Positions 1-12,403 of a stretch of DNA of 64,000 nucleotides are shown one piece after another. Below the pieces are notes generated by a model that worked only from the letters and a program-made list of their open reading frames with translations, did no database searches and had not been told where the DNA came from. The translations under genes and the position numbers were made by a program. The DNA comes from Azolla caroliniana. Taxonomy: Eukaryota; Plantae; Polypodiophyta. The stretch's first letter is position 1. Each line of letters opens with the position of its first letter. The stretch spans positions 9,052,001 to 9,116,000 of the forward strand of contig JBHGNT010000020.1 of the NCBI GenBank assembly GCA_043228905.1. Reading direction: 5' to 3'.

Positions 1-131
1 TTAAGAGAACAACTTGAACTTTGCCTCTTGCAAGTAATTTGTCACAGTTTTATTCAATCCTGTGGATTACCGAATTATAATAACTGAGGCCTAATTGCAT
101 GCAAGATTCATCACAGCCGAGGCTTACTTGT

Positions 132-132
132 C

Positions 133-160
<28 letters not shown>
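132..160. repeat. (GT)n microsatellite in Csl intron
   Basis: Directly visible. Confidence 0.95.
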
Positions 161-163
<3 letters not shown>

Positions 164-186
164 TTTGTGTCTGATGATTTTTGTAG

Positions 187-1846
187 GTGGTCTTGAAGGG
201 ATGGGATAGTTGCCAAGGTCCACCATATTGTGGAACTTCTTGTATACTTAAGAGAGAGGCATTGTATGGAAAAACACCAGATGGTATCTGTCTCAATAGT
301 AAGTTATAAGCTCATCATTCTCACTACTACTACATTCATCCCCCCCCTGAAGGAAAATTAAAATTACTAATGGATTAGCTTGGCCTTCAATGGAGGTCTG
401 AAAAGTGAAGACCTAGGAACCTCTGCGGTCTTCAATAATTGTGCTGCAAGGATATTATCGACAAAGCCGAGCGATGATGGCGAGAATGATGGTGTCCTAC
501 GAGGAGACCCTTTTGTAGAGGAGGCGATTGAATTGCTTGGCTGTAGATATGAAGATGGAACCAATTGGGGCGAAGAGGTATCATACATCATCATGCATCA
601 TACATAATACATAACATAAATGGATCAATAACATGAGGAGCAACAATATGTTAAAGCCCATTTCATGTGCAACTTCTGGCAAATTCTTAGGCCGGATTAA
701 TCTATGGATCAGTAACTGAGGACGTGCTCACTGGTCTCAAACTCCATGGGAGGGGATGGAAATCGGTATTCTGTTCGCCCAAGCATAGGCCTGCTTTCTT
801 GGGCCGTTTCCCGGTAGGAAGTGAGGATATGTTAACAACCAGAAAGCGGTGGTCGGCAGGATTCTTGGAGGTAATGGTGGGCACCGACTCTCCCTTCTCA
901 TTCACACGCTTGCCCAAACTTAGCATGGTCCAAAGGCTCAATTACATCTACTTGTTCAATTCTATTGCGGTGGGGATCCCATCAGCGATGTATGCACTGC
1001 TGCCCTGTGCATCATTATTGATAGGGAGGCCTTTATTCCCAAAGGTAAGCTTAGGTAGTTCTTGTTTCTTCTTCTAGAATTATTTATACCAATTTTGGAT
1101 TGGCGGGAATATTTAGCAATTCTGGAACAAAGTTAACATTTAAAGAATGCGTGCATGATGAACAGATGGAAGAGAACCCCATGTGGCTGTTGTTAGGGTT
1201 AGCGGCATTTGTTAGCGCCTATGGCTGCACACGTGTGGAGAGCATGGTCATGGGGATGAGCCTACAGGCATGGTGGATGGGGGAGAAGATGGATGCGCTC
1301 GCAGCCACATCCTCTAGTCTCTTTGCGGCCTACGATGTCCTCAAGAAACTCATGGGTATCTCAGACATCAAATTCGAAATAACGCCCAAGGACAAATTAG
1401 TGAAGGAAGAAGACACGACGAAGACGAAGACGAAGACGAAGACGAAGCGAGAAGAAGCAGAAGCAGAAGCAGCGGTGAGCGGTGGGGTTGTTGTGAACAG
1501 CAAATTGAAGCTATTTGTGCCTCCGACGGTTATCGTTATGCTGAACCTTGCGGCCCTCTCGCAATTTCTGCTCTCCTCTCTGCTCAACCCATCGCTGTGG
1601 TCCACTTCATCCGCCATGGCGAGCAGCAGCAGGAGGAGGAGGAGGGTTGATGCGGTGATGAAGGTGGAGGCGTGGTGCTGCGCATGGGTCCTGCTTCTCC
1701 TGCATCCCATCGTGAAGGGCCTGTTTCTGTGGTGCAGGGGACACCGAAGATCGCCTCTCGCACTTCACTCCTCCATCGTCTTCCTCTCCTCCGCCTGCTC
1801 TTTCATCGCTTTCTGCATCATCAGCCTCATGACGGGGAAACTTTGA
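187..1846 (+). CDS. Cellulose synthase-like (GT2, probably CslB/E/G/H-type) gene, 3' part. Exons approx. 187-283, 396-577, 691-1044, 1166-1846; 5' exons lie upstream of the window
   Basis: Spliced GT-AG translation gives GWDSCQGPPYCGTSCILKREALYG, CRYEDGTNWGEE|AGLIYGSVTEDVLTGLKLHGRGWKS, the QxxRW-equivalent TRKRW, FEITPK and C-terminal TM helices. The acceptor before 396 (GAG) is the least certain boundary. Confidence 0.88.
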
Positions 1847-2683
1847 AGGCTTAAAATTTAAACTATCCATGGCCTGCCTCCTTAATTTGTCAGCTACTGA
1901 TCATCTAAGTTCTTCACAATTAACTATTTGCTTACATTCACTAATTACGTGCGTGCGTGCGTGCATTACCTTCACTAATGTCACAACTTGTCATTCCCTA
2001 ATTACCTCTTCACATTCACTCATTACAACGCATATTTTGTTTTTTCTCTCATTGGTAGTAATTTCACTTACATAAAAGAATAGAAAGTTTAGCTCGGTTT
2101 GAATGTACTCAATGAGGTGATGTGAGACAAACAATGATGAACCATGCATGTACAATGTCACACATGTGGAAGATATAATTTGTTAAGGAAATCATCGTCA
2201 GTTGTATATTGTCACTATGCAACCAGCCACATGCTAATTTAATATCCATTGAGTATATGTATACATATATACATGTATATATGTATGTGTATGTGGAAGT
2301 ATATGTATTTTATAAACTATCAACTAATCATTTGATGTTCTTTGACATATTGTTGTAGCATAGTATTCATTTCGATCAATCTCACTATTTGCCTTCAATA
2401 AGTCACTGAATATTACTTTTCAAAATTAGTTCTGAAAACAACATATGGGTAGGGATCACTGTTGGCCAAAGTCCCTAGTCCCTATCCAGACATTTTCTTG
2501 CTTCTTATGAACCTAACCGGAATTTAAAAATTTCAGTCGGCCATGTTTCTACAAGTAACAAATGTCAATGGGAACATGCTGAAATTTATATTTAGTGCAT
2601 ACCAAATCAAAAACATAAATTTCATGCACAATACCAAATCAAACCAATCACAGTATTTTGGACCCAAAAAACTATTTATATAT

Positions 2684-2714
<31 letters not shown>

Positions 2715-3445
2715 TTCAATAAAAAATTACTAACCTTGTTAACAAAATTCACTTTTCAAAACTTTGCAAACTAGCATTAACATATCATATCAAATTAGAT
2801 CTAATATATATATCATATCAAATTAGATCTAATATATATAAAGTTCCAAAACAAAATAAATCAAATTTATGAAGTCCTCAATGTCATCATATGCTCATGA
2901 GAAGTTCCTATATAAAAATATGACAATATGCCTTGCTTTCTTTCCACAACAAAATGTTGGCATTGAAGTCTTGTTCTTCTAGTTCAGGTCCTTTAATAGA
3001 GATTCATATCAATGCATCAACCACATTGCTTTTTAGCTTATTTCTTAACTTATTTTTTATTAGATTTAGGCGACTAAAGCCTCTGTCACATGTTGTCGTA
3101 GAAGTACACTAAATTAACCCTATCAATGAAAGCTTTAGAAGTTAGGGTAGCTTTTCTTTCCATATATATCATTGCAATTTATCATACCCCAAACATCTAA
3201 GAAATCTCTTCCAAACCATTCCATGGTAGCTTGCCTTTTGAAAATTGTATACAGTAAACATTCGGTTAAGTACGCACTTTGATCTGAAGGAAAAAGGTGC
3301 GCACTTAGGGCTTTTTACACACAAAATTTCTTTCCCCCAAATTTTCTTTTCTATGCTCATTTGAGTAAGCATAGCCCCAACAGTCACCGATCGTACCCTC
3401 TTTGCTCCTTAATAAATTCCATGTAGCTGGTCACAAGGATGTTGC

Positions 3446-3920
3446 TGTCACAGACACACCAAGCGCCGACTAGGACAGAGCACAGATGATGGGGCTACGA
3501 GCGACGGATGAACTTGGAGCTAGATGTGACGAGGCGAGGAACTCTAGATGTTGTGAGCGACAAGAGGGCATGAAGACAGACATAAAGATAAAGGATACAA
3601 AGATGAGGCGAAACGAGAATACTAGATTGATGTGTCAATGACTGGTGTTGAATCCCTTGAAAGGGACTACAGAGGTTACAAGTATTTATACTGTGAGTCA
3701 AAGTACATGCATTAGAATATTCAGGTGAATATTCTAGAACCCTCTAGAACCTTCTGTTTTAGAACTTTCTAAAACCTCCTAGAACATGAATAGATAATCT
3801 ACAAACATATACATAACACAACCATCTGGTTGGATGTGTTGGTTACAATATAACACTTACACTATAATGCAAGAGGTCAAGAGTTTGAATCTTGACATAA
3901 TTGTTGTCATGTTTGTGACA
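3446..3920. mobile_element. Solo LTR (TGTCAC...GTGACA) with a tRNA-like module near its right end
   Basis: Inverted termini tgtcaca/tgtgaca; flanks gttgc (3441-3445) and gctgc (3921-3925) form a 5-bp TSD with 1 mismatch. Confidence 0.7.
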
Positions 3921-4019
3921 GCTGCTTCACAACATTGTTGCTCACGACACTATTGTGCACCTACAGTTTTCTTCGGAATACTTCGGGTATGTAGAGTTTT
4001 TGTGCATTTTCAGGTTTTT

Positions 4020-4846
4020 AAGGCCGAGGGTTTAGGGAATTAAAAAATAATTTGATTGTGGATGAGTATGTGAATGTATCTGTGCAATTTTTACTACTGA
4101 ATTCGAGTTCATTTGTTGATTAGCTTCATAAATTAGATTGAGGGTTGAGGGAATTAGAAAATAATTTGATTGTGGATGAGTATGTGAATGTATTTGTGTT
4201 GTTTTTACTATTGAATTCGAGTAAATTTGGTGATTAGGTTCATAAATTACATTGTGGGTTTAGGGAATTAGAATTTTTTTTATAGTGGATGAGTATGTGA
4301 ATGTAGTATGTTGTTTTTATTATTGAATTCGAGTACATTTGTTGATTAGGTTCATAAATTAGATTGCGGGTTTAGGGAATTAGAAAATAATTTGATTGTG
4401 GATTAGTATGTGAATGTATTTGGGTTGTTTTTACTACTGAATTCAAGTATATTTGTTGATTAGGTTCATAAATTAGATTGCAAGTTTAGGGAATTAGAAA
4501 AATAATTTGATTGTGGATGAGTATATCAATGTATTTGTACTATTTTTACTACTGAATTCGAGTACATTTGTTGATTAGGTTCATAAATTAGATTGAGGGT
4601 TTCGGGAATTAGAAAATAATTTGATTGTGGATGAGTATATGAATGTATTTGTGCTATTTTTACTACGGAATTCGAGTACATTTGTTGATTAGATTCATAA
4701 ATTAGATTGAGGGTTTACGAAATTAGAAAATAATTTGATTGTGGATGAGTATGTGAATGTATTTGTGTTGTTTTTATTGTTGAATTCGAGTACATTTGTT
4801 GATTGGGTTCATAAATTAGATTGATGATTTAGGGAATTAGAAAATC
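4020..4846. repeat. Tandem satellite array, ~114-bp unit, ~7 copies, with a GGGTTTAGGG-like motif per unit
   Basis: gggaatt anchor recurs at 4035, 4149, 4263, 4375, 4489, 4604, 4718 (variant) and 4832. Confidence 0.95.
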
Positions 4847-4893
4847 ATAAATATAAGTCAATGTGAAATTAGCTCATTAGCCTTGTTAAAGAG

Positions 4894-5804
4894 ATGAATT
4901 CAACCCATAAGCGAGGTGTTGGACCTCGTTTGAATGATGAACAAAGGCTACAAATTTTGGAGATAGTGGAACAACCATCGGCTCCTCTTCGCAACATAGG
5001 TAGAAATTTTGGTGTATGTGAATCGGTGATTAGAAGTTTGATCAAGAAGAAGGATAAGATGCAAATGTGTGACCAATTAAAATATCATAATATAAGGAAA
5101 ACAAATTTTAGAAGATCCAAAGGGAAATATCCTGAATTAGAGGAACGTTTGTATGCTTGGATTGATGCATCTCGTCAATTGTCAATTGCATTGCCTCCAT
5201 CAATTATTATGGAGAAGACTCGGCGATTAGCTACACAAATGAATATTTGTGATGATGATTTCAAAGCAACTTGGGGTTGGTTTAGGAAATTTTGCCATCG
5301 CCAATGTTTGAACACTATTAGTTTCTATGGTGAAGGCGGGGCAGTTAATCGAAATGACCCAAAATTGTTGGCTTCTTTGGAAAGGCTCTATGCTATAATC
5401 AACGAGTATGATCCTAGTTGTGTTTACAATAGGGATGAAATAGGCAACCTTGTTTTTTCGATTAGTTCCAAGATATACAGTGCTTTTACCTAATGAAGAT
5501 CCTACAACAATTCATGGTAAGAAGAAATTGCTAGATAGAGTTACCTTAGTTGTTTGTTGTAATGCAACTGGAACTGAAACAGTTCCCATTACAATGATTG
5601 GAAAGGCTAAGGGACCAGCTTCTATTGTTGGAAATTCTTGGCCATTACCCTATTTAGCAGAAAAAAATGCTTGGATTGATATCCCTACTTTTAATAAGTG
5701 ATTTGATCATGTGGTTGTACCTTTTGGTCATTCTCGAACTAATCGCAAAGTGCTTCAAATCCTTCATAATGCTCCTAGTCATGTTGAAGCATATGAGCAT
5801 GATG
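4894..5804 (+). pseudogene. pogo/Tigger-family transposase (CENP-B-type HTH + DDE_1), copy 1, 5' part; interrupted by the LTR insertion
   Basis: KYPELEERLYAWI, FKATWGWFRKF, YNRDEIG, RVTLVVCCNATG, KNAWI motifs; frameshift and stop present. Confidence 0.9.
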
Positions 5805-8800
5805 TGTTGTAGGTTTTAGGGTTAGGGTTAGTGATAATTATGATAGCATGATTATAATGATGGGTGTGATGATGGAGATAAGCATTGTGGAATTGATGAT
5901 GATAGGATGAGCATTGAGAAGCATTGCGGGGTGGGGGGTGTGCCTAGAATGGCTCCACCCCCCTCCCAAGGGGGTTCAACGTTAAGGGGAGAGAGAGGAA
6001 GAGAGATGACAAAGAGAGAGAGAGAAAATGATTATTCATGTTTCATTCATTCCCCATAAGGGGTTAAATAGTACAAGAGGGGGTAGATACATAGGGGTGT
6101 AAGCCCCCTCGAGCATTCATACTGGACACTCACTCACACCTCCTCATATCCATCCACATGCACACACGTGTGCATGTGTTCACATACGTATAGACTCACA
6201 ATTACATTTATGCCCCCTACACATACACAACAACATCATGATAACATTCGACCCTCGCTCATCACACTTGACTTTCCGTACATCTCGTACGGGGTAACAC
6301 AATATGGCACGCCCGTGGGAGGTGCCTTGCACAGCGATCCCACATGCCTTGATGATGATATTTCTTCGACCGGGACTTCCATCGGTCCTTTCAACTATCG
6401 ACTCCCTCGATCGGAGTGCTTGACTCGAACATCTTTGTCGGTCAACAAATCTTTTCGCGACACGAACATTCTCGTTCTGTCGGCTTACGAACTTCGTCAT
6501 CCTCTTTCGGGTTGTCAAAAAAATGTTGTACTTATGTGTGTTCTTCTTTGTATCTTGTGAGTCGCGTGTGAATCACGTTCATTTCTTTTAGGTTAATGGG
6601 TTTTCGAAATTCTTTAGGTGCCCTTTAATTTTTAAAATTTTAATTATGTACCCTTATGTTTATGAAATCTTCGGATGCCCTCAGGTTTTCAAAACTCCTC
6701 GAATGCCCCTTATCATTCTCTTTTTCCCTCTTTTTTCTTTTCTTGTTTTCTTGTTTTTCTCTTGCTTCTGTCGTTTCCCTCCTTTCTATTTGTCTGTCTC
6801 CTCCGATTCCTTCCTTCCTTCTTCTTCTTCTTCTTGTGTTTTCCTGCTTCGTTTCTTCTAATTTTTTGCTTCCTTCTCTATATCTTTGTTCCTTTTTCTT
6901 CTCCATTGCTCTCCGTCGGTGTCTAGGGTTTCCATTCATCCCTATTCAGTTGTCCATTTCATGTCTCTGTTTCTGTCACCATCGCTTTGTGACCGGCCGC
7001 CTCTGTTCGGACGCTTGTCTGACCGCGACTGTTTCAGTCGTCGCTCGGTCCAGCCGCCTTTGTTCCAGCGCCCTTCGGCCACTCCGACTGCTCTTCAGTT
7101 GCTTTCCGGCCGGCGCTTTTCTGGCCTCTCCTCCATCTCTATTGGTGTCGCCATTCTGGGTGTTGTCGACCGCTATTCCGCTCTTATCCGGCGGCACATG
7201 CTTCTCTATCTTCCCTGTCCGGCGCCTGTCCATCTGGCCCGTGCGGCCATCACTATCTTTCCGGCCTTCGCTCACCATTTCTCCATCTTTCCATCTCTAC
7301 TGGTCACCACTTATTCAGCCACTACTCGGTTGTTGGTTGTCTGGCCGTCGCAGGTTCGGCCACTTTGATGGCTGTTCGGCTATTCCGGCCGTTGTCCGGC
7401 CATTCCGACCATCGTCACCTTTGTCTGGCGCTATCCGGTACCTGTTCATAGGTTGCCGTCTCTGTCTCCAACACTTTCTGTTGTCCACGTCTGGTTGTCT
7501 CTGACTGTTTTATCGGCTACCTGTTGTTCGACCCATCTGACCATCGGTTCCACTCGTTGTCATATGTCTGTTCGTCCCTTCGTTTCAGCATCATCTCTGA
7601 TCCGGTCGTTCATTGTTTAGCCGCCACTATCGCACCGGTCGGTATTCAGCCATCCTTCTTTTGGCTTTCCGGCCCTTCTGGTCGGTCGTTCGGTTGCTTC
7701 CAACCATCTCCGTAGGTGTCTCTCTCTTCATTTGCCCTTGTCCAACGGTCTCTTTCCACTGTTCGACCCTCGGTTTGGCCGCTGCTTGCCGGCCTCTCCG
7801 GCCTTTTCCGTCTATGCCTCGGCCACTATCAAGCTACCACTCCATTGCGGACTCCATCGCCATCTCTATTGGTTTCCGTCGATTCGAGTCCGCGTGTGTC
7901 TCCGGCTCCCTTGTGGTTTTCCGGCTCCCGTCAGTGACTTTCTGCATCACGTTGTCTCGTCTGACTTCTCCGTTTCTGGCTACGTCGTGTCGGTGTCTTT
8001 GTCTCCGTCTGGGTTTGCCAGTCGCCTCTGTTGTTGTCTGTCGACCGCCCATTTCGTCTGACCGTTTGTCTAATCTGGTCCGGTTCTTCGTCTTTCTAGC
8101 TGTGTCTGTCTGGATGGCCGTGTCCTTCCAGTGTTGTTGGTTTCTCTGGTCGTCGATGTGTGGTTTGTGTTTGCATCTCTTCTTTATCTTCTATGAATGG
8201 TTCTTCAGTGTTAACCAACTCTGTTTCTTGTTCCGATTCCGGTTCTGACTCTCTCCACGTTGTTTCTTCTGGAACCATTGCCCGTGCATTCTCAACACAT
8301 CCTGTCGGTCTCCGCTCCACACACTGCGACTTTTTCCGTACTCTCCTGGTGGGCTTCTCTTTTCGGTCGTGCTGGCACCGGTTCCCTCTGCGTTGTTGTT
8401 TGTCCAACCGCGCATCTTGCACCACGCTTTTGAGAACACGCACATTGTCACTAACCGCTTTCGGAAACACGCACATGGACACTAATCGCAACTTTGCACA
8501 AACATTGTTGCCATTCATGCATTCCTCCATAGACTTCCTCCAACATCTTCACCGTCATTTTCGCATTTCGCCATTTCTTGCACTTAGTCGCTATGGCTTG
8601 CACATTCGCGTATCATTCTTCGACTCCGTCTCCAAAGGGGGGTCGCCTTAGTGGTCGCCAAAAGGTGTTGTAGGTTTTAGGGTTAGGGTTAGTGATAATT
8701 ATGATAGCATGATTATAATGATGGTGTGATGATGGAGATAAGCATTATGGAATTGATGATGATAGGATGAGCATTGAGAAGCATTGCAGGGTGGGGGCTG

Positions 8801-8945
8801 GTGCCTAGAATGGCTCCACCCCCCTCCCAAGGGGGTTCAACGTTAAGGGGAGAGAGAGGAAGAGAGATAACAAAGAGAGAGAAAGAGAAAATTAGAAGAA
8901 ACGAAGCAGGAAAACGCAAGAAGAAGACATGTCGGCAGGGTAACA
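5805..8945 (-). mobile_element. Non-autonomous LTR element A. 3' LTR 5805-6299, chimeric 5' LTR 8666-8945, PBS 8651-8660 (- strand), non-coding repetitive interior
   Basis: 5805-~6029 and 8666-~8890 are near-identical direct repeats starting tgttg; both LTRs end gggtaaca; tggcgaccac on the - strand lies 5 nt inside the right LTR; TATA-like and CT-rich leader on the - strand. Confidence 0.8.
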
Positions 8946-9295
8946 CATGGCATGCTCGTGGGACAGTACCTTGTATGTCGAATCCCACTATCCAACCCTT
9001 AGTTGTCGTCCAAGATATCTAGAATACTCTGCTCCAAGGTGTCCAATGGTTCTTCAGAACTCTGTTGTTGCTGTTGTGGCTGTGACTGCTGCTGTGTCGG
9101 ATCGGCTCCTGATATCGACGGTTGTGGCGGTACTTCCTCCATTAGCTGCTCTGCCGGAATTTACTCCGGTTGACTCGTCCTAGCCTTGTCGTCGTCCGGT
9201 CCTTGCCCCGACGATGGCTCCTCATCGCTAAGGTTGACGGTCGTGGCCTACTTTGCTTCTTCTCTCCGTAGCATGGTCCGCTCATAGCTTTTAAA

Positions 9296-11943
9296 CTAGA
9301 TTTGAGCATCCAGTCGATCATCGTCCAACTGTGCTACCAGTTGTTGGACCACTATTGCATGTTCCTCCATTAGAGTTACAAAATCTTCTATTATCTCATC
9401 TCTTACGGTGGTGAAGTCCTCCTTTGTTAGCATGTAGCAGTCGTCGCCATCCTTCTGTCGGTTTTCCGCATTTGCCCTTAGCAACTGGAGCTCAGTTGTG
9501 TGCTTTGCCCATTTGTCCCACCATTGCGTGGAGCTTTTGTCAATCAAGTGTTTGGTCTTGTTCCTCCATGCTTGGACAATGAACTGGATCCGCTCAAGTC
9601 CCATCTTTGATTTGTCCTCCGTGGCTTGTCGTTCGTCCTTCAATTGCTTGATCAGCGCCACCGTATCTGCCTCCTGCTCCCGGTAATGTGACAATTGGTT
9701 TTGATAGGTGTTCTGCAACCTCTGCAATACCATTGTCGCTCTTTCCTTCTCTTCATAATGTTGCTTATGGAGATCCATACGTTCTTGTGCGGCTTCCTCC
9801 AGCAGCGTGGTTCTTTCAGCCCGTTCCTTTGCTAGCGCCGTCTCAGCTCGATGCACCTCCTGCTGGAGCTCTGCTATCTTCTCTTGTTGTTTCTTATGCT
9901 CCGTATCCAGGTGCTTGTAGTCCCGGTGCAGGTGCTCAAAATCATCGGTCTTTTGCTTCAGCTTTTGGTTGAGTTGCCGGCGAGCGCGGTCTTCCCGATC
10001 CTTCTGTTGACGGAGTTCTTCTTTAGGTCTTTCAATCTCTGTTTCCACCATCCATCGCAGCTTCTCCTTTTCTTGCAGCGCCTTCTCTTTCTCCTCCTTT
10101 AGCCGGTCATATGCCTGATGTCCTTTCCGCAGATTCTCTTCTGCCCTGCGGAGGTTCTCAGCAATCTTTCGTTGCTCTTCTTCTACCGCTTTCTTCAAGT
10201 CCCGCTCTCGGGTGCGTAATGCTTCTTGTGCGGCCAGTTCATCTCTCAATTCAGCAAGCTCTTTTGCTGGCGCCGCCACTATCTCCGAGACGGGTTCTGT
10301 CTCCGGGGTCTTATTGTTATGTACAAGTGCCGGTGTTTCTTTATTCTATACATCTACCGGTGTCACCAGTGCTTGGATCGGTGGTTCGGATAAGGCCATT
10401 TTGGCCAATTCTTCTGTGGCCAGGTTCAAGTCTTATTCTAAGCTCCGGATCCTTGACCGGGCCGTCTCTAGTTCTCTAGTTGTGACGAGCAGCCGGTCCA
10501 TCAATGCTTTCTCTTCCGCCTCTATGTAGTGTACCACTCCGGCAATCTGTTCTCCAATCCACCGGAGCCATTGGCTGCCAGTGCCCTGTTGTTGCGTCTG
10601 CCCAGAGGGTTGGCTGTTGGTGTAGCTGGCCAGTGGACAGTTTTGTCCGGTTGAGTCGAGCTGCAACTCTGTCTCTGGTTGGTGACCACTTTGCCATTCC
10701 GGTTCTGTATCCGTTGGTCGCTCCGCCTCTTATTGCGCTTGCCTTGTCGGTGGGGTAGGCGACTATACTTCCGGCGCTTGCATTTCGGGTCTTGCCGTAT
10801 CCTTACCCGCCGGTAGAGTTTGTTGTGCTGGGAGCGTTGAGACTGGTTCTGTCCGAACCGGTTCCGGTTCCATCCTTGGTGCGAGCTGCTCAGTGTGGGG
10901 TACAAGCGTTCCGTCCTTCTTTGGGTCCGAACGGTCCCCGGCCTGTTCGGAGGTGCTTGCCTTCTGGCACCGCTGGAGGTGCTCTAACGGTTCCTCCTTC
11001 GCTTCCTCCTCCTGAGTCCCGATGTTGATTTTCGCCGCCAAGGGGTCTGGCACTTGTTGAACCGGTCGGTGAAGCCTGATCTTGATTGGCCGTGTCGGTG
11101 GCCCCTCCTGCGTTTCCGCCTGCCGCTTCCTATTGGCGCGCTCCTTTGCCGCCTGGTCCGTGTCGGCCGCCTTCCCTTTGGTTGCCTTAGAGGCCAACAG
11201 TTGCTGCCGTTTTTGGGGTGCCATCGGTTGTTCTTCCCCGCTTCGTGGTATTGACGAGCTCGATAGTTGGTGCCAATAGGGTGAGCCATTGCGCCACTGT
11301 CATCCATATCTTCCGACCCTCCTTGCCTCTGACAGAGTCGATGGCCGCACAGAGGCCATCCGCAATCAGTACCAACCAGTCCACCTTCACGCCTTCATAT
11401 GTTGCTATGATTAAGCCGGGCCCGGTTCTGAGGCATGCACGGGGGTCGAGGGTATACATGTCCAAATTCATGGAGCACACGGGCAATCTCTCGAAAGAGT
11501 GGATCTTTGCCGCCCTGTGTCCGGTAGGCCTTGCTGGCTAGAGAGTATTCCCCAAAATATTTTCGGAGCTGCTCCGGGGTAGGGTTGTCGATAGTGAAGA
11601 TGCCCCCTTCCGGAAGGCCAATCAAAGCATGGACGGCTTCCTCCGTGATCAGTTCCATGTCGATCTCCTTTACTATCTTCTCCGCCTCCTGATGCGGTGG
11701 AGCCTCCATGATTGTGAGGAAACCTTCTAACCCAGGTTGCTTTAGCCACTTCTTGGCTGCTTCAGAGAGTGCTTGGCAGTCCATGGTTTCTTTGAGGTCG
11801 GTGAGCGCTGGTGAGGGGTGTGGTTGAAGAGGCTCTGTGTGTGTGGGCTTGCGTCTGATGATCTTCAATCGCCTATGCTCGTTTGTGCTCCTTTGTTCGC
11901 GAAATGTGAAGGCTTCCATGCGGTGGGAGTTTTCTTGCTGCAT
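9296..11943 (-). pseudogene. Extra ORF of Gypsy B downstream of integrase (sense orientation): globular N-terminus, low-complexity linker, long coiled coil; fragmented
   Basis: Colinear ORF pieces 11395-11943, 11187-11486, 10763-11224, 10433-10666 and 9296-10279; the last is E/K/R/Q/L-rich. Confidence 0.75.
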
Positions 11944-12403
11944 GTTGGTGCCCTTTTTTTTTTTCTGACTCGTGCGTGTCGTGTACTAAAATAGAATGAC
12001 GTGCCATGTGGCAGCGGTTTAATATCCTATTAATAGCCCACTACGTACCTTTTCAAAGTGCATGTTCACTCCTTGTTCTTGCATGTGTCCGTTCACACCT
12101 CACCCTTGCATGATTTACTTTGATTGATTCAATTCGATTTAATTTATTTATTTATTTATTTTTGAAGATAAAATGTTTTGGTTAATTCGCATCCGGTCTC
12201 GTCGGACCCCTATCCAAATGGTGGGATTTGCCAGCTACGGGACAGCCTGCCGTCGCGTTGTCCTTGTCGTTTGCCGGCTCGTGCTCCCTCTTGCCGACTG
12301 CGAATTGTGTTGCCGTTTCATCCGACTTACCAGTGTCCGGCTCTGTGTCGGCTTTTACTTGTTCAAATGGGTTTCTCGGCATCGGTCCATTGTATAGTTT
12401 GAG

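Noticed and set aside
4020-4846. CRISPR-like regularly spaced repeats next to a nuclease-fold gene
   Set aside because: Whole monomers repeat with no unique spacers, the neighbour is a pogo DDE transposase, and the context is eukaryotic.
5812-5830. Interstitial telomere (ttttagggttagggttag)
   Set aside because: Only 2-3 imperfect units, and they are part of the element A LTR (repeated near 8673).
6640-8651. Many long overlapping ORFs (up to 282 aa)
   Set aside because: Low-complexity, strand-biased LTR-element interior; no recognisable domains.
5805-8945. DIRS-like element (split repeats plus internal complementary region)
   Set aside because: No tyrosine recombinase. TG...CA termini, a PBS and a 5-bp TSD indicate integrase-type LTR elements.
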